A stretch of 64,000 bases of DNA, taken from Perna viridis (taxonomy: Eukaryota). Shown here piece after piece: positions 1 through 24,859 of the stretch; positions within the stretch are counted from its first letter, which is position 1; every line of letters begins with the position of its first letter. The notes under the pieces are model-generated. The model worked only from the letters and a program-made list of their open reading frames with translations. It was not told the origin of the DNA and searched no databases. Where the stretch lies: contig CM074513.1 of NCBI GenBank assembly GCA_037379345.1, positions 44,247,195 to 44,311,194 on the forward strand. The letters are read 5' to 3'. The translations under genes and the position numbers were made by a program.

Positions 1-543
1 ATCATACCACATTGTCTATTTTTATATTAGCAAACTTATCAGAGTGAATATCAATTGGTCAAATATATCTAATATGTAGTTGTCTAAATTTCCTCACTTT
101 AAAAATGTGCATCCAAATACAAATACACACAAAAAATGGTTATACCCGACTCGATCAAATCAAATGTATACCAAACATTTTTTTTTTATAAATAATGATG
201 AAGAGAAACTCACTCAGTGGGAAATTCTTAAAATTTCTATTGAGAAATGTAATAAAACAATTATGTCAGTTTGGTGCATGCACTTAACAGATACTGACCT
301 CGGCCATTGGCCTTGGTCAATGTCTCTTTTAAATGTTCCATAAAACATAATATTGCATGCACTGAGCTGCCATAATTGTATTTTACTACAGCCATATTTT
401 GCTAACAGGAGTGTAAACACCTAATTGTAAAACAAGTGTACAGATTTACCAAAACAAATTTTTGTTCAGAAATGCAAATATGCTGCAGCCCAAATATCTA
501 GTGCAGTGCAAGCTAGCAATAATTTGAAGGTAACGTCACTTAC

Positions 544-12419
<11,876 letters not shown>

Positions 12420-12454
12420 CGTGAATCAATTTATCATATTCACACATAAATTAT

Positions 12455-12510
12455 CGTTTGGAGCTTCGCGGCCGCTTTGTTTACAAAATTGCAAATGGCG
12501 GCAAAATTAC
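12455..12510. promoter_or_regulatory. SMC3 proximal promoter/5' UTR with YY1-type motif
   Basis: Short CpG-rich patch (GCTTCGCGGCCGC) and CAAATGGCGGC at 12492-12502, matching the YY1 consensus, about 75 nt upstream of the ATG. TSS not determinable. Confidence 0.5.
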
Positions 12511-14659
12511 TGTCGCTTGATCCATTGAAAAAAATTGAACCTTTTTATTTTTACCTTTATTTTGGGTCAAACTTTTCATTTTATTTCAATTTTGACAGTA
12601 TATCTAATTATGATATACTCGAAAGTTAATTTTTTAGAAACAAATCACGTATCTCAATGATATAAGCAAATATTATAGTAGTTTAGCTAAAAATTGGTTG
12701 TCAAATTCGGTAGCGCTTCTAAATCCATACAAATTTTACAAAGAAGTGAGACAGTGAATACAAAGGAAAGCACTCAATATAATCCAAACAATAAAACATT
12801 TATATCATGGTTCTAATCTTCTATTTGACAACAATGAAAACAAAACAAAGAATTGAGACTGTTAGCATGGCGCTATATCTATTTATTTACGAAGTGTGGA
12901 TATGCTCAATTGGCAGTTAAATAAGCTTTATTTTAAGTCGACAAGTTCATTACAACAATTCAAAATAAGATCTTAAGAGCTTTTATAACCGATTTAAGAT
13001 ATATAAATAGCTATACAGTGCATGTATACATGTAGAATACATTGACAGGACAAAAATACAAGACGCATACAGCACACAAACATGAATAGCAATTATAAAA
13101 AAAAAACATGTGAATGAACTAAAAAGCATAGAGGCAGAAAAAAATAAAATGAACAAGTATGGTATCAGAGCCGCTACTCCAGGCAATGTAATGACTGAGT
13201 TGCTGTATCCGAAATTATACAAATGATTTTGTTCACATATAAAATCAGTTATTACAGTTGGAGCTTGATCATATAATATTTCAAGAATTTCTAATCCCAT
13301 TAGTAGGCATCATTGTCTGTGCTAAAAGATCATTATAAGAAGAGTTATATAATCAAAATAGATAAAGCTCTTTCCTTTATTTTTTTCTATTTTTTCTTTC
13401 TATTAGTCTTTAAGCAAAAGTGCGAAGAAAGAGGGCAATATAAATGTGTGAAAAATATATTTTTAATTGATTGTAATATATGTATGATAAATGGCCGTAT
13501 TGGTAATAATGATTTTACTAATATTTCAAGTGAAGGAAAATTTGTTGTTGATTACGTCCTTAACCCCATGACCAAATTAATGATATATCTGATTTTAATT
13601 TACACACAATGTCTGATGTTAGAAGACTGAACTTAGTGGGCTACGAGTCATTTCCCGATCATTCATTGTTAGAACGTGTTACAAAAACTTTCACCGAAAC
13701 AGAAACGACGAGTAGTGAACTGTCACAAGTCGAAAATCGTACAAAAGCGCCTAGAAAATTAAAAACTGAGACTTTGAGGCACAACGTATTCTCAGACAAG
13801 CACATGGAGGAATTGTTGAATGAGACAATATTCCTACAAGGTAAGATGTTGGAATTCCGTTCCTTCATACCCCAACCTCTTACTTCCGAGCATCATATTG
13901 CATAACGCACGTTCCGCCGTTTCTTGAAATTGGCAGAATTATAGTAAACTATTTTCCATTTAAACGTTTTATACAGTTTCTTTATCATTACACGGGAGAA
14001 GGTGACTAAACTAAAGAAAAAACAATGACCTACCTGATGAGAAAATCCAGCAATCCTGGAAATCCTTTGTAAAAGAAGGTAAAATGAACTTCATATTTGG
14101 TTTTTAGATTTTTGAGTGTGTAATTCAAAAATCCGGTTGATAAAATTACGGATTTTAAAATTTGCGAAACGAACATATCAAATTAACCAAGGAATTGCCT
14201 TTACCAACTTTAAGTTCGTTTTCTCAAAATATATTGTATTCCGTAAAATTAGGAACCTAATTTAAAATTGCTGGTCATTTTGTCAACTGTCTTCATTACA
14301 AATGTTTTCTGGGTTTTTAACAAATATTTAGGATTTTTATCGTTCGATTTCCGGTAGGTTAAACTTCTTTTATGTAAATAAAAGACATAAAGTATTGTAA
14401 AACACATGTTTAGCTAATTAACATTTGCGGTGGCTTTCAACAAGTCAGATGCTAGAGGTTAGGATGGCACCAAGTCAGAAAATGGCTTGCCAGACAACCT
14501 CTAGCATTGCTGGAGTAAATGCGACAATAGCTAAATGCAAAACGATCTGGAAAATAGACAACACGTAGATTCTGCCCATGAGAGTCTAAAAACTGTTGAT
14601 TAAAGAGATGGAACAAACATGCAAAGTGACTCAGCAAGGTGCGTCAAACAAAGCATACA

Positions 14660-17460
14660 ATTGTAATAGGAAACCGTACTGAAATGACGATTTGAAGCAA
14701 GCATGGGCAGAAGTATATGATTCAGAGCATAAATGGAAATGTGCGAAAATCGGCAAAAGAAAACCCCTGAACATTTATATAGTCAAACGAAAGGACTTTT
14801 GACAAGATGAATCGGAGAGTGAAACGAAAATATCAATTGGAACAACAGAATAAGTTGCACGAACTGGGATCGAATAACTCGAGGGAATTCTGGAAATCTA
14901 TTGGGAAACTAGGCTTGGCGCCTGATAGACAGACAGTGCAAAAGTTTCAAGTGCGAAACGAGAACGGCGAAGTTACAAGTGAAATTGATTCAGTCTTAGA
15001 ACGATGGAAAACCGATTATGAATCCCTATTCAATAGCGCAAATGCCGATGTATACGATGATAGCTTTCTTGCTGAAATTAGAAATACAACCTAAAACGAT
15101 CAAAATTATGTGAACAATATCGACATTAATTTAGTGATCTTAACCGAGACATAGACCGAAATGAAGTAAAGGAGGCTGTTTTCTGGGCTAAAGTGGGACA
15201 ATCCGTTGGTATCGATGAGATCCCCAGTGAAATCTTGTACACTTGTATTGATCTTTTTCCAAATAATTTCATTCTACTTTACCGAGGGACATGTTCCAAG
15301 GGAATGGTTGAATAGTATTATAACTCCAGTGCCGAAACCTAGAATGGATCCAATGGATCCCTTGCAATATCGTCCTATATCGCTAATATCGGTAACGTGT
15401 AAGATCTATGCAGACATATTGAATAAGAGACTCACTAACTGGTTAGAGAATAATGATATTCTAGCAGAGGAGCAAAATGGGTTTAGAAAGAAACGGAGCT
15501 GCTTGGACCATCTGTATGTGATATCAACATTGATTAAAAACAGGAAAGCGCTTTTGACAATGTTAACCGTGATTTATTGTGGCATAAACTCATGAATGTT
15601 GGCATAACCGGAACGTATTTGAACACTATCAAGTGGCTTTATGACACTACCTAAAGCTGTGTAAATTTCGGCAATTATATGACTGATATGTTTCCGGTAC
15701 AATTTGGCGTTCAGCAAGGATGTAAATTATCACCCACACTATATTTGATATACATATATGATTTAGCTGATGACATTCGTGCTTTAAATGCAGGAGTAGA
15801 TGTTGACGGACTTCATTTATCCCTACTTTTTATGCGGATGACTTGGCACTTATGGCTCCTGACGAACAAAATTTACAAAGAATGCTAGATTGTGATAATT
15901 CGTTATGCATGAAATGGTGAATGACGATATATAAGGATAAAACAAAGATAATAGACTTTCGAACTAAGAACAAACCGGTGTCACAGTTCGCATTTAAATG
16001 TTGAAATGTCACTCTCGATTAGGGTGCACTATACAGTTACATTAAGGCGCACTGTTTCGCACACCAAGTTACCCCGTCAAATTTTGTAAAACCTAAAATT
16101 AAGTTGAAATTTGGTGGGTATATTGTTTAATTTAGTTAAGCATTTATACATAGACTGATATACTATATGTAACGGTTAACAGGTGTAATTTAAATGAAGA
16201 ATAGGGTCTTATTATTTTTACCCTTTTTCCACCTACTCCATGCATGCTTTCATCCTGTGGTAGTGTCTAAGTGCCTGATATTTTATAAAACACACTATTT
16301 GGCTGTCAGTTTTGGAAAGGCACCCCTGATTTGTACTGAAACTCAGTAATATTTTTTTTTTCAGTATGTTACCATGGCTACTGGATTTTATAACAATAAT
16401 TACTAAATTACTTATAAATGACTTGAACCTCTACACACCAAGGATTTAAAAAATATGTACTTTTTTATGACAAACCACTAGAAATTTCTGTGCGGACTGC
16501 CTCAAAACAGCTTTATTTAAAAAAAATGAGACCAAATTTTCAGAAATGACCTAACTGTATTGTACTACCTTATGCTAAGCTTACAAATACCTTGGACTAA
16601 ATTTGAAAGAATACCTTGACTATAAATACACTGTGCGCGAGATATCTAAATCAGCAAGTTGAGCCTTATCTGCGCTATATTCGAAATTCATCTAAAGTGG
16701 GGGAATGTCATAAGAATTTTTTATTAAACTATACAAAACCTTAGTCGAACCCGTTTCATACTATGGTGCTGGATTATGGGGATATACAAATTGGAGAGAA
16801 ATTCAAACAATATAAAATAAAGCATGTAGACTTTGTCTAGGATGTTCGTCCAATAAAGCAACTCAAGGTGACATGGGTTTTGGAACCAAAGTCACAAATT
16901 ACAAGTCATAAGAGATAAATAGTTTGATATTGATGAAGTAGACTGAGTTGATAATGTGTTTAATGATAGAAATGAGACACATAGTAATAAGTAACGTACG
17001 TACAGATTATATAAAAATGAATTATTTTCTGATTTTTATGTAAAAATGTTTTTAATAGACAACATATAGGAATTTTATCAAATTTTAGATGTGGCAGTTT
17101 ACCGTTAGCAGTTGAAACTGGGCGATATGCCAAGCCAAAAACTCCTAAACGTTTTTGTATATATTTGTAATACAGTCCGTAGAGAACATGAAATGCACTC
17201 TTTATTAAATTGCGATTTTTACTCTGACTTGAGATATGTTTTATTTGAGAAAGTTTGTCAAATTGATGATGGTTTTCAGATTTTGTTTTAAGAGATAAAT
17301 GTATTTTTCTCATGACGAATGAAAAGATTCAACCTTTTTAGGCAAAAACTATATATAGTATGTTTTATCGTAGAAAATATTGTCTGTTTTTACAAAATTT
17401 TATTGATGAATAAAAATATTGTTTTTTTTATCTGAGTAAAGTGTCTCATAAGCCATATTT
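14660..17460 (+). mobile_element. Decayed non-LTR retrotransposon (LINE ORF2 RT plus C-terminal Cys/His domain; RTE-X- or CR1-like, clade unresolved)
   Basis: Frameshifted RT motifs: REFWKSIGKL, YRPISLISVTCKIY, EEQNGFRKKRSCLDH, GVQQGCKLSPTLY, YADD at 15831-15842, YKYLG at ~16582, then FRCGSLPLAVETGRY and a degraded Cys/His knuckle; many stop codons. Confidence 0.92.
16022..16569. mobile_element. MITE with TTA target duplication (PIF/Harbinger-like) inserted in the LINE
   Basis: Imperfect TIRs GGGTGCACTATACAGTTA / TAACTGTATTGTACTACC; TTA at 16019-16021 and 16570-16572. Removing it restores LINE codons TLDYA just before YKYLG. Confidence 0.8.
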
Positions 17461-17569
17461 GGCTACTTTTTTATTTATATGTTTTATTTTATATTATATG
17501 TATACATTTGTGTTTATGTTGGTATGTGACACTATAATAAAATATTTTGATTCTGTTTCTGATATCTTT

Positions 17570-18010
17570 ATTTGTTCTACTAAGAAGGTATGATAACATT
17601 AAATTACAGGCTTCCCCAGACAGGCTATACGAGGACTGCTTACAGATCAAAATATCATACGGGAGGCAGCCAAACGTATTTGATATGTCCATAGAATAGC
17701 AGCCAAATATTTATTTTGTTCCAAAGCAAGTTTCCAGTCTTCCAGCCAACTCTATTTAAACATTAAAGTTTAAGTAGAATTGTTTAACAACTATGTCCTT
17801 TCCAGAATATACAGAGAAATTTCTCAAAAAATATTTTCGAAAAAATTCAGAAGGTTGCTCTGTCAGCACTTTTCCAAAAAACATTTTGAAGGAATCAGGA
17901 GAATGCGGACAGGTCTATAGTTATTTTTCAGGAAAGGATCGTTTTTCTTGTAGATCGAGGTAACCTGTGTCCGCTTTAGCCGGTCTAGAAAAGAACAATA
18001 TTCAATTGAA
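17570..18010 (-). mobile_element. CR1/L2-type LINE RT fragment
   Basis: Minus strand reads LKRTQVTSIYKKNDPFLKNNYRPV...IPSK and MDISNTFGCLPYDIL...LMLSYL, a degenerate form of the CR1 motif DLSKAFDCLPH. Confidence 0.85.
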
Positions 18011-18269
18011 AAAAAATTCATAGTAGTTAGTAATTGGTTTTACAAATGATGAGTGACAACATTTGATAAATTTCACAGTTTATTGTTGGTGGCGGTGATG
18101 TTTGTTGTTTGTAATTGATTGGTTTTGTTTTTTTATTAGTTCGTTTGTTTTTGTTTTTGTCCTTATGATAGCGACAAAATCACAATCGGAACATCATTCG
18201 GCCTTTTCCGAGTGATGTTCCAAGTGGGCAAAGTCAGAGATTACCACATTCAGTTAAAATCCAATTATC

Positions 18270-19330
18270 ATACGTCATTTAACAAAGATGAAAAAAGACA
18301 GACTCGAAACAGCAAACAATATGAAGAACTCACACTAAATGAAAAACACAGTTTTTTTAACTATTAAAATATATGAGCAACCCGAACTACACAAAACAGC
18401 TTTGAACAAACCGTGTAACCGTGTAAATAATCCCATGCCCGGTTAAATAAGAAAGAGGGAATATGCACCGACAGAGCCCCCCCCCCCCCAATATAAAAAT
18501 GGTCGGACCGGGATTATTTTGGAAAACAAATTAAATTATTCCAACTTTGAGCCAAAAAATTAACTCAGCCGCTGAAATAAAATCAATTATTTTCGCGCCT
18601 GCTCTAATTTTGCATCATGGTGGAGATTGACACGCCATATCGGTCAATATTTTGTTGTGACGGCCGTGGAAGTAAAGACGTCATCTTTACAGCGAAAACT
18701 GAGATCAAAGGGTGTAGCTAAATGATGATCCTTCTTTTGGAATATATCAGCTTTAGTCAACCTTACATGAGTGAAGGGACAGGCCAGCGAGCATCGGATT
18801 ATAAATTAGTTCCCATTGGAATGCTGTTGAAAAGCACATCAACTACACAGCATTTGACATCTTCGGTACATTTATAAGATTGTGTACAAAGTAGATACGT
18901 ATTTGTATCTAGGTGTTCCGTCTTTTTTAGAGTAACAATGATGAACAACGCTTTTGAGTCGGGATTTCAACAGAGTATCGGGAATAGTAGTATAAGAGTT
19001 GAAAAATCATAGGTTTTAATGCTATCACATTCCGATAATAATCTAGTACCCGGTATTTATGATTTCCGGAAGATTTTTCAAAATTGAATTGATACCACTG
19101 CGTAGTAACAAGTGTTGTGGAAAGACTGAAGACCCTCTTTGATAGCTGTAAGCGTGGAAGGAAAAATCAAATACATGTATCATTTGTCAATTTGGACAAG
19201 ATCACAAGGATCAAGTTCCTATAATCATGACTTGAGACAATTCTATAAACAGTATTTGGATAGAGTTTGGTTTGTTCACTCGTGAAATAAAAAAAGGTAT
19301 GACCTTACTGTACATTCACACCCCTGGGCT
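18270..19330 (-). mobile_element. Decayed Penelope-like retroelement (RT plus 3' region, probably Naiad-type)
   Basis: Minus-strand IPMGTN (plus-strand AATTAGTTCCCATTGGAATGC, ~18804-18824), degenerate FDFSTLY and TTIP motifs and a C-terminal FHGRH motif, followed by the family 3' non-coding tract. Confidence 0.7.
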
Positions 19331-20530
19331 CTATCGTTCTTAAATAATATTTTACCTTGGCTTGAATCGTTTGTCAGAATTAGTAACAAATAAAGATATT
19401 GATGCTAAATTCTCTTCCGGTAAATGGGAGTTAATAAAATTGAAAGAAATCAATAAAACAGGTATTAAAATGAAGGATACTTGTTTAATTAATTGTAAAA
19501 TGTGAGTTGTCTTTCTTGGGTAGGAATGTCACTCATGATCAAAAGTTAAAGTAGCTCGACATGTTCATATCATAATTAACATTAATATTATATTGCTCGA
19601 AAATTATTAGATAAATATTCTTTAGTACTATACTTTTGAAAACATCCATATTTTTGTATTTTTAAAATTATTTGGCAAGAATTTCCTACCTCTAACAGTA
19701 TTATAATAAAATTTAGTTTTTTTCACGATCTTCGATAAATGTTACCCAAAAATGAGTTCACTGTAATTTGGAATGTCTGCTCCTTGATCACCTGGCAACT
19801 TATGTATTGATTCTTTTTTTCTGAAATATGAATTCAAGATTTATTTAATAGACTCCTACAAAATAAATAATACTCAGCGGATTTTTGTTTTCTATTCCTT
19901 ATTTCCGTTTGTAGACATTCTTTTTTTATTTCGATACCTACATATTTTGGATATTAACAATAAAACATGTTTTTAATCTAGCAGTTTTGTTTTGATTGAA
20001 GTCGTTTCTTCTTTTACAATGGTCCATACATACATATAACACTCACTATCCGACGTTGTTTGACAAAAGCTACATAAATAGTACAATTATTGACTTTACA
20101 TTAGCTATACACGAAAGATTGACACATCTTCACTTGCTCATACTCTTACAGAAAAAAAACTTAGAAGTAAACATCACGATTATATTGATATTAAGAATAA
20201 GCAGCCATGCTCACATGTTCTTTTTATGGAATCTTCTTGTAATGATTTAATTTGTACATGTTTTGGTTTTAATTTTTTTTCTGTTATTGTGTATTGTTTT
20301 TTGTTTTCTCATTTTCTTTGCTTGACCTTCGTCTTTTGACATTCGAATTTCTTATTTTCTTTATCAATGTCTTTGGTAGTTCATGAAATACAGGAAGTGA
20401 CCTCATTATACATATAACTAGGCTTTACAATATTATGTTTAGTCATGATTGAATGCATTTAGACACTGATTATCTGATACGATTTTTATTTGATATATGC
20501 ACTATGACAGATGTAGTATGACAAAAACAT

Positions 20531-21373
20531 TTAAATATTGTTTATCAGATCTTGTAGTTCATTAAATAAAATTAATACGTCTTGCTTTAGCTGCAGGATA
20601 GTTCTCTTCTCTTCTTCCGTTGGCTGTCGGTATTTCTCACGTAAATAAGCTTCCATTGGACATTGATGTAAAGAAGTCTGGCTCACTCCTGTGTTTATTG
20701 ATTTTTGTTGAGCACTTTCCTTCCTAGGGGCAAATGTCTCGTTTTTCAAAAGAATATTGTCTGAACTTTCTGTTTCTGCGGTAGAATCTAATCGGCTCTT
20801 ATTAGCTGTAACACTAAGCAAGCTAATTGAATCGTCGCAAGACATTTCATTTTTTCTTCTAAACAAACCTTTAATGTTCTTTTTAGTCAGGTTTCTTGAT
20901 TTCAGATGATATGTATCATCAGTCACACTATCAACTATTTTACCAGATAAATAATCTATTTTACCTTTATTATCATCATTTTCCTTCACCGAGTTCATCT
21001 TAAACTTTTTCTCGAGAAACTTTCGTAATCTTGTCGCATCCCTTTTTCGCCTATTTTTGGATTTCTGCATTTTTGGTTTTAAAATACTACAAGAATTATG
21101 GGCGATACCAATATCACTCTTTTCATTGATACTTGACATCCTATTTTCTTTTTGTTTTGTAGATTTAAGGAATCGTTTATTTTGCACTCTGTCTTGTCGG
21201 TGTGACTGCCTACTGCCAGTGTATCTCTGTTGGTCAAACTTTCCTAATGAAACAGCATTACTTGTAGAACGTACTCTTTTGTCGTCACCGTATCTTGTAT
21301 TATCTGAGCCACACGAACTTGTAGAAGTCAAATCTGCGAAAGTTTCGTAACTTTTCATTTTGCGTGAATGCAT
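20531..21373 (-). CDS. Uncharacterised K/S/R-rich 280-aa ORF (orphan or TE-derived)
   Basis: 843-nt stop-free ORF in AT-rich DNA; basic NLS-like KSKNRRKRDATRLRKFLEKK; amphipathic C-terminal helix; TATA and CCAAT upstream; no recognised domain. Confidence 0.45.
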   Translation of the reverse strand: MHSRKMKSYETFADLTSTSSCGSDNTRYGDDKRVRSTSNAVSLGKFDQQRYTGSRQSHRQDRVQNKRFLKSTKQKENRMSSINEKSDIGIAHNSCSILKPKMQKSKNRRKRDATRLRKFLEKKFKMNSVKENDDNKGKIDYLSGKIVDSVTDDTYHLKSRNLTKKNIKGLFRRKNEMSCDDSISLLSVTANKSRLDSTAETESSDNILLKNETFAPRKESAQQKSINTGVSQTSLHQCPMEAYLREKYRQPTEEEKRTILQLKQDVLILFNELQDLINNI

Positions 21374-21558
21374 GTGCCGTTATTCATGAATGGTGTCGGG
21401 ATTCTTTTTTTATTATTATTATATACAAACCATTGACAGTCTTTACTCCTCATGACATTTTGAGTAAGTAGATCCATGTTTATACGAGATGAGTTATTCC
21501 AGTTTTCAACCTACAATATAATTTACAGATTAGGCAATCAGCTAATTGGTTGCTCACC

Positions 21559-21575
21559 TTATATAGTTACATTGG
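21559..21575 (-). promoter_or_regulatory. Candidate CCAAT plus TATA box upstream of the 280-aa ORF
   Basis: Minus strand GAGCCAATGTAACTATATAAGG; the two boxes are unusually close together. Confidence 0.3.
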
Positions 21576-24500
21576 CTCTAATTAAACTTGTTTGAGTAAT
21601 CACTAGGCAATTATCCTTCTATTTTATTACCTTGTTTGATTTATTTGTCTTCTATGTTTGGGTTACTGATGAATTGAACAGTTAATTTCTTCTCCAGACC
21701 TAAATTACATCTTTGATAAAAATATCATGCAGGCATCCAAGTTGGAACTGCTTGCTTTGTTCATTTAATTCTAAAGAAAAAAGTAGTAGAGTTTGAACAA
21801 ATATACAAGAAAATTATAGAAATCCCGACATACTCCAGGAAAGCAACTTTAAACCCAGTGGTAAGTCAGAGATATACAAATTTAAGCAGGGATCTATTCC
21901 ATAAATTTCTCCTAAAATATACATATCAACTTTGTTCCGTAATACTACAATGCTTGATAACGAATTTCCTGTTTTTTTGTTTAAATTTATTGCTTCTTGG
22001 GCATTTTTCAATGTTTTTGAGATAACGTATCATGACATTTTAAAGAAAATAATAGCATAAAGGGTCCTGGCCTTCCGCCTCCCTATAGAGCCGCATATGA
22101 AAGAGTAAAATTACTTGGATGACAATAAAGTTCTTGGCTTTAAACTTCTCAGCAAGTGTCTCTCTTCACTCAAAAAGCTTTTTTCATTGCACATACTACA
22201 TTTTCGTCGAAATCCATTTACTTATCCCTTGCACGCATAAATCGAAATGCATTCAGTTGTGTACAAGTCCAGTGATTTTACAGTTGTTGACAGTGTGAGA
22301 TCACCCGTTCCATTTTTAATTGAGTCACTGTTCCTTAATGATATCTATTTATATCTCCCTCGTGTCACAACCAGGTATATATTTCTGATGGAATGACTAA
22401 GTTCTAGCGCCTGATATTCTGTTTGTTACCTGCCTCATCAATATTCCATCAGATCCGTAAATTGAAAAGATGACACGATGACTCAGAATCGTCCAATAAA
22501 AATCACATATTTACGAACGAATAGCAAACAATAACTTAGAATTACATGTACAAATGTAGTTCCATGGATAACCTGTAAGTAGATGATGACGCACAAAGTT
22601 CAATCACCAATCTATGATGAAATATTCAGTATCTGAATAGAACCCTGTTTAAAAAAAGATATAATGTCTAACTTTATTGTGAGATTCTCCAGGATAAATT
22701 TTATTCCTATTAAAGTTCTATCTATTTTTTCAGTCAATTTTCCCTGTTCATGTCCGGTATTACTAGTCTGTGTTTAGCAGTGATACCAATTTGAAAATCC
22801 AGCCATTCAATGTGAAAGTTCTGTATGCGTTTTATCCATAAACCAAAATATTATATACTTTTTCTTATATTGTTTTGTGATATTTTACAAATTAAAGCTA
22901 ATATTGTGCACTAGTAAGTTTGTAACACCATAGGTTAACATATTATCATCTATACGTACTGTTTTGATACTCGAAAGCAATTGTTTGACTCAACGATTTG
23001 TTTTTTTTTTTGTTTTTTTTGTTTTTTTGTTGTTTTTTTGTTGTTTGCTTTTTAGTATTACATCACAGGTACTACAGGAATTGCTTATCATTCAATATAA
23101 ACTAAATTGATACTAATTAGAGTGTGATTTGAAAATTATCTTTTGCAAAAGCTAAAAATCTAAAATACCGTTGTATTTTTCTTGGCTAATCTGCTGAATC
23201 ACACATCTTATTGCAGAATATTACGTAAGAGTGTGTTTGCATTTATTTTCCTTATAATTGTTTGATCTGAAAGCCTTGTAAATAGTCTTGACAGGTGCAA
23301 TGATATAGTATACAAATGGCCATCTCACAGACGGATATAATTACGTTTTGAAAGATAGTACCCTTTAATCTTATTGTACCTAAGCCAGCTGATAAATGTG
23401 TTCCATGTCCATTAGCGATTTGATACACTTGTTGAAAAGTTCTAGTGACATGTCAGTATTGTTCAATATTTTGCAATTTGTCAAAATGGCAGGTTTTGGC
23501 CTTAGTAATGACCCTTACGGAGACATCGACTGGTCCCATTTCAAAACGTGTAAAATTTATGCCAATATATTTTATTCATAGCGGTTAAATGGATGATAGT
23601 GCAGAAAATTAGAAAATGATGTTTTTGTTAACAGTGATTTTGATAGCGATAAATAAAAATGCATTGGCAAGTTAAATGAAGGAATGCGTTTCGTCCCTTG
23701 TAGCGGCAGCAACCATAACAATAGTGAACACAAATACAAGCTGTGTTCCAGGAGGTAATCTGATGACCAAGGGATCGGAAGAGCTTGAAATAATAGAGAA
23801 GATGGAGCATTTCAATTTGTGTCAATCCTTACGATTACTTGATAAATGGTTCAAATCCAATAAACAATTTAAGTCCCATCCGTTTAAAATTCATCATCTC
23901 AAGATTTAGTCGGCGATGGGTATTATTTGAAGAAAAAGCAAATTGATGTTGAAGCTTTCTGCACATCAAATAAAAATAGTTTCACGTTCAAGGAGATAGT
24001 GCACTTTTTTACATGAATAGAAGTCTTAGTTCATAGACATGTCTTTGATAAAAGAGAATCCTATCTGAAACTGATATACAAATATTCTAATTACTTTGAT
24101 ATGCTACAAAGTTGATTATATTAACATGCAGTAAATTGCCGACTTAATGCAGCAGCATACAACATGTGAACTCAAGATTTTCTTTTTGTTAACCTTGCAG
24201 AAAAGGAAGCTGCTCATTTTAGTATTATACATTAGGGTGAATTAGTTTAAATTTCATTCTCATAGAATTAATAACTTGCTTTTTTGAAAAACCTTGTGGT
24301 ACTAAAGCAAACATCTGTAAGTCCTTCCATCTTTTATTTTGAAAACTGTTCATCTCAGTAACACTACATCCGTCTAATGAACGCTAGAGTGACAAAGAAG
24401 ATACTTTAAGCACTGATGTTAATTGGTGTAAAATCACTGATACTTACAAAAAAATATATATGGTGTATGCTGATTGTATTGTCTTATGTGATACACGTTA

Positions 24501-24809
24501 TGATATGTATGTTATATTATTATAAATGTACTGCACATTTCTACCAATAACGTTCTTTCTATCCATATTGTACTTCTCATGTTCCTTGTGGGCTTCTTAT
24601 TGGGAAATATTAGTTATGTTATTTTATTCTATGTTATATTTGTAAAGTGATAAAAGGGTTTTGAAGCATACCTTGAAATGCCCTTCACTCGGGATGAGTA
24701 TGTTGATTTAAAGACAAAAAAAAATAAGTTCCGTTACTAAATCGATTTTTGCAAAGCCTGGAGAGTCCCCAATTTGTTTTATTAATTTTGTAAGTTTGTT
24801 GATTTCTGT

Positions 24810-24811
<2 letters not shown>

Positions 24812-24858
<47 letters not shown>
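24812..24858. repeat. (ATT)n microsatellite, ~15 units
   Basis: Perfect ATT run. Confidence 0.95.

Positions 24859-24859
<1 letters not shown>

Noticed and set aside
14030-14070. Hammerhead ribozyme cores at CTGATGA sites (also ~23760, 35850, 45655)
   Set aside because: No stem II directly closed by GAAA, and no stems I or III.
14449-14507. SECIS element
   Set aside because: Core reads ATGG rather than ATGA, helix II is short and mismatched, and there is no selenoprotein ORF upstream.
21780-24060. Protein-coding gene from short ORFs 21814-22011, 23396-23581 and 23676-23909
   Set aside because: Coding-like composition, but with stops and no identifiable domain; possibly decayed TE, not supportable.
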